DNA of 62,615 nucleotides, filler included, from Chiloscyllium plagiosum (taxonomy: Eukaryota): assembly GCF_004010195.1 (NCBI RefSeq). It is 4 parts of one record of this genome, joined end to end, with 100 filler letters (N's around TTAATTAATTAA, not from the genome) between each part and the next. Parts side by side here need not be neighbours in the genome. Positions count along the whole stretch, not along the records: positions 20,792 to 49,420 come from NC_057717.1; positions 49,521 to 55,650 come from NC_057717.1; positions 55,751 to 62,615 come from NC_057717.1; 1 more part is not named here. One strand, written 5' to 3'. The position numbers and the translations under genes are program-made. The notes below the pieces were generated by a model. It was given only the letters and a program-made list of their open reading frames with translations, was not told the origin of the DNA and did no database searches. Shown in pieces: positions 44,864 through 58,635 of this stretch. Position 1 is the first letter of the stretch, and every line of letters starts with the position of its first letter.

Positions 44864-47800
44864 AAATGGAACAGGTCACAAACTGACTGTTCTCTGGGGT
44901 ATACTGGAATAACACGAGGCTATTTAGCTCATCAAGCCTGCCCTTCCCTTCAGTACGGTCAGGGACGATCTGCTGTAGGCTGAAATTTCACTTTCATGCA
45001 ATTTTTTTGTGGCCTTCACTTCTCTCAAAATCCATTGACATCCTTCTCAACCCCTTCCAAACATTTCAGTGATGCAGCTGTCTGGGATAGAGAGGCCCCA
45101 ACAGTCACTATCCTCTCAGAGATTCCCCACACATATACCTTGGCCTATTGACATGAACAAAAGATATGAACACAGCGTCAGAGTGAATGGCCCTGCCAAG
45201 ATTCGTATTTAATGGGAATCAGTAGTAATCTCTCCACTGGTTGAATCATTCAGAACACAATGTGGCTGTTGGACATCAATCCTCTCAGTCCCTGGATATC
45301 TCTGTGAGTGATCCATAGGGATATACCTCGGCATTAACATTTTCAGCTGATTCGTCAATGTCTTACCCTCCGTCATTCGATCGGAAGTGAAGATGTTCAG
45401 TGAAGATCATATGAAGCATCAAAACCTGGACAATATTTAAGCTCATGCTGTTAACGTGCAGGTGACATTCGTGTGTTAGCAGTGCTAGACACTACACATT
45501 TCCACAGAATAGAAAGAGGAGCTTATTCAGCATCTCAAGCTGGTTTCACTGGAATGTGAGAAAGCCATTCAGCCCACCCAAACTATTCGATAAGACGAGG
45601 CACAGCCCGTTCACTCTCTGTTGCGTCTTACACAAGAAGAGATTTTAAAATATTACCTGGACAATGCATCACATGATTTAGCTCTCTGTGTCTCTTTGCA
45701 ACAGAAATGAAAATTCTGCCCATTGTGCCTACAAACTGCCAGTCTCTGGAACATCCTTCGTGTTCTATGACTATTCCCACTTCTGTAAACCCATTAGTTT
45801 CTACAAACATTCCCATTTGTGGAAAGTTATCCTTGTCCTATGAAGCTCGCTACTTCGAAACCCCCTTCCTCTTTGGAGAAGGTCACACAGAAATGGCGGA
45901 GCGAGTTTTTGGAAGCAGTTAGAGATTAGTCAGAGGCTTTCTGTTTGGAGAACATTGAGATCGAGAGTTTGCAGAAAACAGAAAAAAAGCTTGTATTGGT
46001 CCTGCAGGAGATTGACAACAGGAGGGTCTACTGAAAGGGTCAACTGAAAGGTTCAAGTCTGTCCTTGTGGAAATTTACAGACACAGCGCTGGAGAAACTG
46101 GAGGGGGTTTCAGAGACGAGGAGATTTGTAGGTGTTAATGAACGTTCAAGATAAATGGAGTGTTTTTATAGTGATTGGAATGAGGTCAGTCAGGTAAACC
46201 TCATTAATACGTGTTCCCTGATTGAGACTGTGAACCTGGTCCAATCAGGGAATTCCGGCTCAGAAATAAACAGGGGCATCAGGGGCTCTGTTCACTATAG
46301 GAGCCGGCTCTGAGCTAGCGTGGGTCAGTGTCATGGATCATGCATGTAGAAATAAAAGGGGATTTGGTGACGGGATACCGGCCTCTGTGGAATTATTTTA
46401 GTTTTAACATCTGGTAGATATTATAGAGAGAGGGAGGGCTTGAGGTGTTTCCACAGATCGGAATGGATGTGGAATCTGGAGGTTGCAGAGACGGTGATCT
46501 GTGTCGGGGCAGAAGGTGGTTACAAAATCTAGAGCACGGTCGGGACTAGAGGATGTTACACAGCTGCTTGGGTACTGGAGTAGGTTACACAACAGGGAAT
46601 ATTGAAGGGACTGGAGGAAAGAAAAGAGATGGGCAGGGTTGTCAGTGCTAGAGAACGTTGGAGATATAATGAGCACTGTAGTGGCTGGAGTTTATGGAGA
46701 TACTGCAATCTGTCAGGACAGAAGGTGGTTAGTAACGCTGATTGTTGTATGGATTGGAGGAGATTGCAAAGATTAGGTTTCTATGGATCAGAGTAGTTGC
46801 AGAGAAGGGGAGAGCTGTAAAGACTTGAGAGATATTTTATAGAAAGGAAAGGTTATCGGGGATGGTGGAGATTCCAGGTAAAGAATGTTTNNNNNNNNNN
46901 NNNNNNNNNNNNNNNNNNNNNNNNNNNNNNNNNNNNNNNNNNNNNNNNNNNNNNNNNNNNNNNNNNNNNNNNNNNNNNNNNNNNNNNNNNNNNNNNNNNN
47001 NNNNNNNNNNNNNNNNNNNNNNNNNNNNNNNNNNNNNNNNNNNNNNNNNNNNNNNNNNNNNNNNNNNNNNNNNNNNNNNNNNNNNNNNNNNNNNNNNNNN
47101 NNNNNNNNNNNNNNNNNNNNNNNNNNNNNNNNNNNNNNNNNNNNNNNNNNNNNNNNNNNNNNNNNNNNNNNNNNNNNNNNNNNNNNNNNNNNNNNNNNNN
47201 NNNNNNNNNNNNNNNNNNNNNNNNNNNNNNNNNNNNNNNNNNNNNNNNNNNNNNNNNNNNNNNNNNNNNNNNNNNNNNNNNNNNNNNNNNNNNNNNNNNN
47301 NNNNNNNNNNNNNNNNNNNNNNNNNNNNNNNNNNNNNNNNNNNNNNNNNNNNNNNNNNNNNNNNNNNNNNNNNNNNNNNNNNNNNNNNNNCCATATAAAC
47401 ATTCTTTACCTGGAATCTCCACCAGCCCCGATAACCTTTTCTCTCTATAAAATATCTCTCAAGTCTTTACAGCTTTCCCCTTCTCTGCAACTACTCTGAT
47501 CCATAGAAACCTAATCTTTGCAATCTCCTCCAATCCATACAACAATCAGCGTTACTAACCACCTTCTGCCCTCACAGATTGCAGTATCTCCATAAACTCC
47601 AGCCACTACAGTGCTCATTATATCTCCAACGTTCTCGAGCACTGACAACCCTGCCCATCTCTTTTCTTTGCTCCAGTCCCTTCAATTTTCCCTATTGTGT
47701 AACCTACTCCAGTACCCAAGCAGCTGTGTAACATCCTCTAGTCCCGACCATGCTCTCGATTTTGTAACCACCTTCTGCCCCGACACAGCTCACTGACTCT

Positions 47801-49420
47801 GCAACCTCCAGATTCCAAATCCATTCCGATCTGTGGAAACACCTCAAGCCCTCCCTCTCTCCATAATATCTACCAGATGTTAAAACTAAAATAACTCCTC
47901 AGAGGCAGGTATCCCGTCACCAAATCCCCTTTTATTTCTACATGCATGATCCATGACACTGACCCACGCTAACTCAGAGCCGGCTCCTATAGTGAACAGA
48001 GCCCCTGATGCCCCTGTTTATTTCAGAGCCGGAATTCCCTGATTGGACCAGGTTCACAGTCTCAATCAGGGAACACGTATTAATGAGGTTTCCCTGACTG
48101 ACCTCATTCCAATCACTATAAAAACACTCCATGTATCTTGAACGTTCATTAACACCTACAAATCTCCGAGTCTCTGAAACCTCCTCCAGTTTCTCCAGCA
48201 CTGTGGCTGTAAATTTCCACAAGGACAGACTTGACCCTTTCAGTAGACCCTCCTGTTATCAATCTCCTGCAGGACCAATACAAGCTTTTTTTCTGTTTTA
48301 CTGCAAACTCTCGATCTCAATGTTCTCCAAACAGAAAGTCTCTGACTAGTCTCTAACTGCTTCCAAAAACTCGCTCCACCGTTTCTGTGTGACCGTCTCC
48401 ATAGGAGGAAGGGGGTTTCGAAGTAGGGAGCTTCATAGGACAAGGAGAACTTTCCACAAATGGGAATGTTTGTAGAAACTAATGGGTTTACAGAAGTAGG
48501 AACGGTCATGGAACATGAAGGATGTTCCAGAGAGTGGCAGTTTGTAGGCACAAAGGGCAGAATTTTCATTTCTGTTGCAAAGAGACACAGAGAGCTAAAT
48601 CATGTGATACATTGTCCAGGTAATATTTTAAAATCTCTTCTTGTGTAAGACGCAACAGAGAGTGAACGGGCTGTGCCTCGTCTTATCGAATAGTTTCGAT
48701 GGGCTGAATGGCTTTCTCACATTCCAGTGAAACCAGCTTGAGATGCTGAATAAGCTCCTCTTTCTATTCTGTGGAAATGTGTAGTGTCTAGCACTGCTAA
48801 CACACGAATGTCACCTGCACGTTAACAGCATGAGCTTAAATATTGTCCAGGTTTTGATGCTTCATATGAGCTTCACTGAACATCTTCACTTCCGATCGAA
48901 TGACGGAGGGTAAGACATTGACGAATCAGCTGAAAATGTTAATGCCGAGGTATATCCCTATGGATCACTCACAGAGATATCCAGGGACTGAGAGGATTGA
49001 TGTCCAACAGCCACATTGTGTTCTGAATGATTCAACCAGTGGAGAGATTACTACTGATTCCCATTAAATACGAATCTTGGCAGGGCCATTCACTCTGACG
49101 CTGTGTTCATATCTTTTGTTCATGTCAATAGGCCAAGGTATATGTGTGGGGAATGTTTCCTTCTCTGAGAGGATAGTGACTGTTGGGGCCTCTCTATCCC
49201 AGACAGCTGCATCACTGAAATGTTTGGAAGGGGTTGAGAAGGATGTCAATGGATTTTGAGAGAAGTGAAGGCCACAAAAAAATTGCATGAAAGTGAAATT
49301 TCAGCCTACAGCAGATCGTCCCTGACCGTACTGAAGGGAAGGGCAGGCTTGATGAGCTAAATAGCCTCGTGTTATTCCAGTATACCCCAGAGAACAGTCA
49401 GTTTGTGACCTGTTCCATTT
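44864..49420. repeat. About 2-kb inverted duplication flanking a 500-N gap (44864-46890 / about 47398-49420)
   Basis: Mirror ORFs (45707+ vs 48569-, 45816- vs 48460+, 46676- vs 47611+); the arms are reverse complements. Confidence 0.96.
46133..46400 (+). mobile_element. Probable Gypsy solo LTR (mirror copy at about 47890-48155)
   Basis: TG start, CCCTGATTG..CAATCAGGG dyad, AATAAA, and a GGGATACCGGCCTCTGTGGAATTATTT end. Confidence 0.55.
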
Positions 49421-49520
49421 NNNNNNNNNNNNNNNNNNNNNNNNNNNNNNNNNNNNNNNNNNNNTTAATTAATTAANNNNNNNNNNNNNNNNNNNNNNNN
49501 NNNNNNNNNNNNNNNNNNNN
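49421..49520. other. Artificial scaffold linker N44-TTAATTAATTAA-N44
   Basis: Spacer at 49465-49476. Confidence 0.95.
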
Positions 49521-52500
49521 CACCTCTGTCTACACACTGCCTAATTTTGACCCTCACCACCATCCACACACCGCCCCCAGCCTGACACTCACCACTGTCC
49601 ACACACTACCCCCAGCCTGACCCTCACCACTGCCCAGACAACATCCCCAGCCTGACCCTCACCACCGCCCACACAAGCCCCCCAGCTGAACTCTCACCGC
49701 CACCCACACACCACCCCCACAATGTCCCTCACCGCTGTCCACACACCGCACCCAGCCTGACCCTCTCTGCCATCCACATGCTGACCCCAGCCTGATCCTC
49801 ACTGCCGCCCACATACCGTCCCCAGCCTGACCCTCACCACCACCCTCACATCGCCCCCAGTCTGTACCTCACCGCCGTCCACACACCACCCCCAGCCTGA
49901 CCGTCATCGACGCCAAACACACCACCCACAGCCTGACCCTGACAGCCATTCACCAACTGCCCCAGCCTCACCCCCACCGCCGTCAACAAACACCCCAGCC
50001 TTAAACCTACCGCCGTCCTACACTGCTACAAACCTATCCTCAATGCTGCCCAGTACCGCCCCAGCCTGAACCTCACCGCCGTCCACCAGTGATCCAAGCC
50101 TGATCATCTCCACTGTCCACACACTACCCCAGCCTGACCGTCATCGACATGAAACTCACCGTCACCAGCCTGACCCCCACCGCCGTCCACCAACCGCCCC
50201 CAGCCTGATGCCCAATGCTGTCCACCAACCGTGCCCTGCCTGACACCCATTGTCATCCAACACTGCGACAATAGTGACCCTCATCCAATACTGCCCTCTG
50301 CCTGACCCTCACCGCCATCCACAGACCGCCCCCAGCCTGACCTCGACCGTCGTTCACACACTGACCTCAGCCTGACCTGTTCCCTGTGAACACACAGCGC
50401 CCACAGCCTTACTCCCACCACAGTCCAACAGCGCCCCCAGCCTGAAGCTCACCAATGTCCACACACCACCCCCAGTCTGACCCTCATCGCCGACCACAGA
50501 CCGTCTAAAGCCTGACCCTCACCACCACCCACATGCATCCCCCAGCCTGACTTTCACTACCATCCGCACACCGGACCCACCCTGACCCTCACTGCTGTCC
50601 ACACACCGTCCCCTGCCTGACGCTCACCGCCATCCACAGCCTGACCCTCACTGCCACCCGCACACCACCACTAGCCTGACCCTCACCACGGTACACACCC
50701 TGCCACCAGCCTGTCCCTCACCGCCGTCCAACACCTTCCCAGCCTGACCCTCACTGCCATCCACACACCGCGCAAAGCAGTATCCTCACCGCCATGCATG
50801 CACATCCCCAGCCTACCCCTCACCGCTGACCACACACTGTTCCTAGCTGACCCTCAACACCGCCTACACACCGCCGTCCAACACCTTCCCAGCCTGACCC
50901 TCACCGCCGTTCTCACACCGCACCTAGCCATATCCTCACTGTCATCCACACACTGACCCCAGCCTGACCCTCACCACCGTTTACAAACCATCCACAGCCT
51001 GACCCTCACCGCAGTTCACACACCACACCCAGCCTGACCCTCACTGCCGTCCAAACACTGCACACAGCCGGACCCTCACCGCTGCCCACACACTGCCCCC
51101 ACAGCCTGACCCTCACTGCCATCCGCACACTGCCCTCAGCCTGCCCCTCAATGCTGTCCACACGTCGTCCCCAGACTGATCTTCACCGCCGTCCACACAC
51201 AGCCACCAACCTGTCCCTCACCGCCGTCCAATACCTTCCCAGCCTGACCCACACCACCGTCCACACACCGCCCCCAGCCTGCCCCCCACCGCCGACCACA
51301 CACCATCCCTAGCTGACCCTCACCACCGCCCACACACTGCCCCCAGCCTGACGCTCACTGCCGTCCACACGCCACCCTCAGCCTGACCCTCACTGCCATC
51401 CACACACCTCTCGCATTCTGACCGTCAGTGCCATCCACACGCCATCCCCAGACTCTCACCACCGTCCTGCACCGCCCCAGCCTGACCCTCAGCACTGCCC
51501 ACACTCCGCACCCAGTCTGACCCTCACTGCCATCTACACACCGCCCTCAGCCAGACCCTCATCACCGTGCATACAAAAGACCTGCAGCTTCTCCTTCACC
51601 GCCGTCCAATAACGCCCCAGCCTGACCCTCACTGCCGCCCAATAGCGCCCCAGCCTGACCCTCACTGCCGTCCAATCAAGCCCCAACCTGACCTTCTCCA
51701 CTGCCCAATACAGCCCCAGCCTGACCCTCACCGCCGTCCACCAACCGCGCCCTGCCTAACAACCACTGCCATCCAACACTGCCACAAAACTGACCCTCAC
51801 CGCCTTCCAATACTGCCCCCTGCCTGACTCTCAACGCCGTCCACAGACCGCCCGCAGCCTGACCCTCACCACCGTCCACACACCGCCCACAGCCGGACCC
51901 CCACCGTCGTTCATACACTGACCCCAGCCTGATCGTCCCCTCCAAACACACACTGCCCACAGCCTTACCCCCACTGGAGTCCAACACCACCCCAGCCTGA
52001 AGCTCACCGCTGCCCAAACACCGCCCCCAGCCTGACCCCCCGCTCCGCGAAATCACCGCCCTGCCTAACCCCCACTGCAGTCTACACTCTGTCCCCATCC
52101 TGATCCTCACCATATTCGAACAACATCCCCAGCCTTTCCTTCAGCGCTGTTAACACACTATCCCCAGCCTGACCCTCACTGCCATCCACACACCGACCCC
52201 AGCCTGACCCTCACCACCGTCCACCAATGACACCAGCCTCACCCTCATCACCGTGCACGCACACCACCTGCAGCTTGACACTCACCGCCGTCCAATAACG
52301 CACAACCTGACCATCACCGCTGCCCAATACCGCCCCAGCCGGACCCTCACCGCCGTCCACCAACCGTGCCCTGCCTGACACCCACTGCCATCCAACACTG
52401 CCACAAAACTGATCCTCACCGCCGTCCAATAATGCCCCCTGCCTGACCCTCACTGCCATCCAAAGACCGCCCCCAGCCTGACCCTCACCACTGTCCACAT

Positions 52501-55500
52501 ACCGCCTCCAGCCTGACCCTCACCGTCATTCGCACAGCGACCACAGCATGACCGTCCCCTCTGAACACACACTGCCCACAGCCTTACCCCCACTGCAGTC
52601 CAATACTTCCACCAGCCTGAAGTTCACCGCTGCCCACACCCCACCCCCAGCCAGACCCTCCCCTTCGCGAAATCAGCGACCAGCCTAACGCCCATCGCAG
52701 TCCACTCACTGTCCCCAGCCTGACACCCACCACCGTCCACACACCGCCACCAGCCTGGCCCTCACCACCATCTAACACCGTCCCCAGCCTTTCCCTCACC
52801 GCCGTCCACATACTGCCCCCAGCCTGACCCTCACCACAATCCACACACCGTCACCAGCCTGACCCTCACCATCGCCCACACACCATCCCCAAACTGACCG
52901 TCATCAACGTGAAACACACCGCCCTCAGCCTGACCCTCACCGCTGTCCACCAACCGCCCGGACCTGAACCTAACTGCCGTCCAACACTGCCACAAGCCTG
53001 ACCCTCACCGTCGCCCAATACTACCCCAGCCTGACCCCCACCACTGCGCACGCACCGCCCCTTAGCTAGACCCTCACTGCCATCCACACACCAACCCCAG
53101 TCTGACCCTCACCGCCATCCACCAACCAACCGTGCCTGAACCCCACCGCTGTCCAACACTGCCACAATCCTGACTCTCACCACCGCCCAATACCGCCCCA
53201 GCTGAACCCTCACCGTCGTGCACACACCACCCCCAGCCTGACCCACACCACCGACCACACACCGCCTAAACCCTGACGCTCACCACCGTCCATACGCCGC
53301 CCACAGCTTTGCCCTCACTGCCATCCACACACCATCCCAAGCCTGACCCTCACTGCCATCCACACGCTATCCCCAGACTGACTCTCACTCCCGTCCAGCA
53401 CTGACCCAGCCTGACCCTCACCACCGTCCATACCCCACCACCAGCCTGTTCCTCACCACCATCCAACATATTCCCAGCCTGACCCTCACCGCGCCCACAC
53501 ACCGCCACTACCCTTATTCTCACCTCCATCTACACACCACCCCCAGCTTGCCTCTCACCGCCGACTACACATCGTACCTAGCAGACCCTCACCACCGTCC
53601 ACACACTGCATCCAGCCTGTCCCTCACCACCATCCAACACCTTCCCAGCCTGATCCTCACTGGCGCCCACACACCGCCACTACCCTTATCCTCATCTCCA
53701 TCCACACACCACCCCCAGCTTGCCTCTCACCGCCGACTACACATCGTACCTAGCAGACCCTCACCACCGTCCACACACTGCATCCAGCCTGTCCCTCACC
53801 ACCATCCAACACCTTCCCAGCCTGACCCTCACCGGCGCTCACACACTGCCCCTACCTTTATCCTCACCTCCATCCACACACCACCCCCAGCTTGCCCCTC
53901 ACCGCCGACCACACACCGCACCCAGCCTGTCCCTCACCACCATCCACACTCCGCCGCCAGTTTGACCCTCACTGTCATCCACACACCGCCCCCAGCCTGA
54001 CGTTCACCGCTGTCCACACACCGCCTCCAGCCTCACCCTCTCTGCCATCCACACACCGCCCCCAGCCTGTCCCTCACTGCCATCCACACGCCATCCCCAG
54101 CCTGACCCTCACTGCCATCCACACACCACCCCAGGCTGACCCTCACTGCCATCCACACACCGATCCCAGCCTGACCCTCACCGCCGTCCTCCAGTGACCC
54201 CAACCTGACCCTCAACACCATGCAGACGCACCACCTGCAGCCTGACCCTCACCGCCGTCCACCAACCGCCCCCAGCCTGACACACACTGCCATTCAACAC
54301 TGCCACAAAACTGACTTTCACCGTCGTCCACAGACCGCCCCCAGCCTGACCCTCACCGCCGTCCACCAATGACCCCAGCCTGACACTCATCACCGTAACA
54401 CTGCCACAATGCTACCCCTCACCGCCGCCCAATACCGCCCCAGCCTGACCCTCACTGCCACCCACACACCACCCCCAGCCTGATCTTCACTGCCTCCCAC
54501 ACATCACCCCCAGCCTGACCCTCACTGCCATCCACACGCCACCCACAGCCTGATCCTTAATGCCATCCGCACACCGCCCCCATCCTGACCCTCAGTGCCA
54601 TCCACACGGCGCCCCAGACAGACTCTCACTGCCATCCAGCACCGTCCCAGCCTGTCCCTCACCGCTGTCCACACACCACCACCAACCTGTCCCTTACCGT
54701 CGTTCAACACCTTCCCAGCCTGACCCTCACTGCCGCACACTCACGCCCCTAACCTTATCATCACCGCCATCCACAAAACACCCCCAGCCTGCCCCTCACC
54801 GCCAACCATACACCACACTCAGCCTGACCCTCACCACCGCCCACACACTGCCCCCAGCCTGATCTTCACCGCCATCCAACACCACCCCCAGACTGACCCT
54901 CACTGACCCCAGCCTGCCCCTCACCGCTATCCACACACCGCACCCAGCCTGACCCTTACCACCGCCCACACACTGCCCCCAGCCTGACCCTCACTACCAT
55001 CCACACACCGTCCACAAACTGACCCTCACCACCGTCCACACACCGTCCCCAAACTGACCCTCACCACCGTCCACCAACTGCCCCGGCCTGAAACCCACCA
55101 CCGTCCAACATTGTCACAAGCCTGACCCTCACCGTCAGCCACAAACCACCCCCAGCCTGAACCTCACCACCGCCCACACACCGCCCCCAGCCTGACCATC
55201 ACTGCCATCTGCACACACCCCCAGCCTGACCCTCACTGCCGTCCACACGACGTCCCCAGATTGACTCTCACCGCCGTCCAGCACTGCCACCAGCCTATCC
55301 CTCACAGCCGTTCAACACATTCCCAGCCTGACCCTCACCACCGCCAACAACCCCCCCAGCCTTATCATCACCGCCATCCACAAACCATCCCCAGCCTGCT
55401 CCTCACCGGCAACCACACACCGCCCCTAGCCTTATCATCACCGGCATCCGCACACCGCCCCCAGTTTGACCCTCACCACTGCGCACACACCGCACCCAGC

Positions 55501-55650
55501 CTGACCCTCACCACCGCCCACACACCGCACCCAGCCTGACCCTCACCACCACCCACACACTGCACCCAGCCTGATCCTCACCACCTTCCACGCACCCACC
55601 CCCAGCCTGACCCTCACTGCCATCCACACACCGCCCCCAGCCTGACCCGC
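49521..55650 (+). repeat. C-rich satellite, about 33-35-bp unit, with higher-order repeats
   Basis: Consensus CAGCCTGACCCTCACCGCCGTCCACACACCGCCCC repeated over 6.1 kb; 172-bp periodicity shown by ORF starts at 53548/53720/53892. Confidence 0.97.
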
Positions 55651-55750
55651 NNNNNNNNNNNNNNNNNNNNNNNNNNNNNNNNNNNNNNNNNNNNTTAATT
55701 AATTAANNNNNNNNNNNNNNNNNNNNNNNNNNNNNNNNNNNNNNNNNNNN
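55651..55750. other. Artificial scaffold linker N44-TTAATTAATTAA-N44
   Basis: Spacer at 55695-55706. Confidence 0.95.
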
Positions 55751-56249
55751 AAAGTGGGTTTTTGATCCCTTGCCAGAGGTGGGGCATGGATGACAGGGAA
55801 AAGAGGGTGTGGCAACAGATAAACGGACATTTAGCAGTGGAGAACGAGAAGATGACGTAAAACGGGTTTAAATTAGGATATGAATGGGGGAAAGGGGTTC
55901 CTTCTCTTGAGTGCAAGATAAAGAAGACACAAAAAGACAAGGTCATAGGGAGTTCAGGAGGGAGAATGCTAACTATGTGGTGTTATGTAGATCTGGCCAA
56001 AAGTAAATTTTCACTGTGGAGATCATCAACCCCTTTAGAAAAAGGAATTCGGGTGTTTGACTACTGAATGACACTAGTAAAATGTTCATGCTGCCTTCGT
56101 ATTGTAACATAGAGAAAAGCAAATGACAATATGAAGTTTGGACTGTGTGTTGTTTACCAGTCTCTTTTATAGTTGTTTCAAATTTGCGATGTTTATTTTT
56201 AAATACTTGATCTTGAAGTTAGTATCAGATGGAGTGAAGGAGGTTGTTG

Positions 56250-57545
56250 GGTGATATTATAGAAATTAGAAAATCATGGGAGGAATGGATAGGGTGAATA
56301 GCCAAGGTCTTTTCCACAGGATGGGGGAGTTCAACCACAGAAGGCATAGGCTAAAGGCGAAAGGGGAAGATTTAAAAGGGAAGAAGGAGCAATGCTTTTA
56401 CACAGAGGGTGGTGTGGGTATGGAATGAGCTGCCAGAGGAAGATTGGCAGATGCGTGTACAGCCATAACATTTAAAAGACATTCGGGAAAACATATGAAT
56501 GGGAAACATGTAGAGGTATATGGGCCCAATGCAAGCACATGGGACTAATTTAGTTTGGAAACGTTGGCCAGCATGGACAATTAGAGAAACCTCACGTAGA
56601 GTCAGTGTGGTTTTGTGAACTGAAATTTATATTTTGTCCTTTAAAGTCATGCAAAGTATTTCTTGAGATCGCTGAGAACGTAACAAGCGGACTTGATAAA
56701 GGGGAACTGGTGGACACGAGGCTTTCCAGAGAGATGCTCCACAAGGTATCACAAAATAAAGGTTCTTACACAAGACAGAAGATCATAGTTTGACGAATAA
56801 TGTATTAGCATGGGATGACGATTGTTTAACACATAAAAATCGGAGAGTCAAGATTAATGGATAGTTATGATAAAAGTGTATCTGCTGGATTACCACAGAT
56901 ATCAGTCAGTGGCATCAGTTATTGAAAATCTATACTAATAGCCTGAAAGAGGGAGCTGAGTGCAATATACATCTGAGATTGAGGATAACACTGAGAATCA
57001 AAAGGCAGGCTGTTATTGAATGGAGAGGACTTCCAGAAAAGGAACAGTTCAGAAGATTGGATATTCCTGTGAATGAAACATAACGTCAACATGCTGATAC
57101 AGCAAGTAACGAGGTTGGTACTTTAGGCGGGTTCCTGGGATGAAAGGGGTGTGTAATCGTGAACCTCTAAAATGGGGAGGCAATTACTCATTGTGATTGA
57201 AATGAATGAGGAGTAATACTGCTGAAATATACAAGATCACAAGGGGCTTGACAAGTTAGATGTTGAGAACGTGTTTCCACGGCTGGGTGTGGTATTGAAC
57301 TCAGGGACAGAAATACCGAATATGGAATACCGATTTCAAACTGAGATGCAGTTTGTTCTCTCAGAAGGTAGTGAATGTCTGGAATTCTCAAACCCAGAGA
57401 GGTGTGCAGGGGTACAAGGAGTCGGCAAGAAAGCGGAGTTGAGCTCTGGAGTAGGTCAGCTGTGCTCATATTAAATGACAGGGCGAGCTTGAGGGGCTGA
57501 ATGGCCTGCTCTTGTTCCTATTTCTTATGTTCTCATGTTATGCTT
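56250..57545 (+). mobile_element. Two decayed CR1 3' fragments (about 56250-56585 and 56600-57545)
   Basis: TTTACACAGAGGGTGGTG..TGGAATGAGCTGCCAGAGG; the second ends in GGGGCTGAATGGCCTGCTC..CTTATGTTCTCATGTT. Confidence 0.82.
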
Positions 57546-58304
57546 TTGGAAAGTAACTGGATATTTTACTGGAAATCATGCAGTATAATGTTGCATTCAG
57601 GAGGAGAAGAGGACTTGTTTGAGTTAACCCCGGGGGTGGGGGTCGGAGGCTGGATTCACAGTGAATCTGGGTCTGTAACATGACCCATATCTGGAGCAGA
57701 AGTTACAGAGAGGGGAAGCCTGTGCGTGTGGGTGGGGGGAGGTATCACTTCCTGATCCAGCCTGGATTTTCCAAATACATTGACGAAACTGCATCTAACA
57801 ATCGGAGTGGCTTCGGTCTGCCCCTGTGCAGCAGGTCTGAAGGGCTGAATGGAACATTGGACATAGGGCTGAGGGACACGAGTGAGCCATTCGACCCAGT
57901 AAATAAGGTCGGCGCTCATCTTATTGTGGTCCCAGCTGCACTTTTCTCTCCATGCAACATTATCCCTGATTCTCCTGTATATGGACAATCAGACGAACAA
58001 GCATTGATAATATACAGATTTAGCCATCACAAACTTCAAGGAAAGAGACTTCCCACTGGAATGAAATCCCATTTTGTGAATTTCTCTTCATTCATGTTCT
58101 GACTGAGGTTGGAGGGTGTCACTGTTTCCTTTCCTAGTTCCACTCCTCCACTGCTCACAACAAATTTTAAATGTAACCAGGTTGGTGATATAACCAATGA
58201 TAAAGGTCTCAGACTGAGTCAGGTTCAGTGATAGGAACAAGTCAGACAGATTTCTTTAGCCAGCCACAATTAACTAATAGATCTAACGGAGGAGCATGTT
58301 GGAT

Positions 58305-58635
58305 CTGTGATTATCACTGCTGCCTCACATCACCAAGGAGCTGAGTTCAATTCCAACCTCGGGCGACCCCCTAGGTGGCGTTTGAACATTCTCTCCATGT
58401 CCATGTTGCTTTCCTGCCATTGCTCCAGTTTCCCCCAAAGTCCTAGGATGTGCAGCTGAGAGTGGGTTGGCCATGCGCCATTGCCTATAGTGCCCATATA
58501 TATGTGGATTTCTCATGGGAATCGCGCGGTTACATGCATAGGGTTGGGGACAGTGCTATGTGGGATGCTGTTCGGTGGGTCAGTGTGGACTCGATGGACA
58601 GAATGTCCTGCTTCCAATCTAGAGAGTTTCTATGA
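58305..58635 (+). mobile_element. Diverged HE1-like V-SINE
   Basis: CACTGCTGCCTCACA..GTTCAATTCC (B-box)..GTTGGCCATGC..; CR1-like tail. Confidence 0.8.

Noticed and set aside
45628..45922. Possible exons (TTTGCAACAG acceptor before EMKILPIV; CAG|GTAAT donor on the other strand), mirrored at 48240-48648
   Set aside because: No recognisable protein similarity, and the mirror copy has a frameshift relative to this one; unsupported without RNA data.
46788..47499. Long ORFs spanning 46.8-47.5 kb
   Set aside because: Artefacts of translating through 500 Ns.
49521..55650. Many Pro/His/Thr-rich or Gly/Val-rich ORFs, and a CRISPR-like or Ig switch-like periodic look
   Set aside because: The ORFs are translations of satellite units. 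There are no unique spacers, cas genes or immunoglobulin exons, and the DNA is vertebrate.
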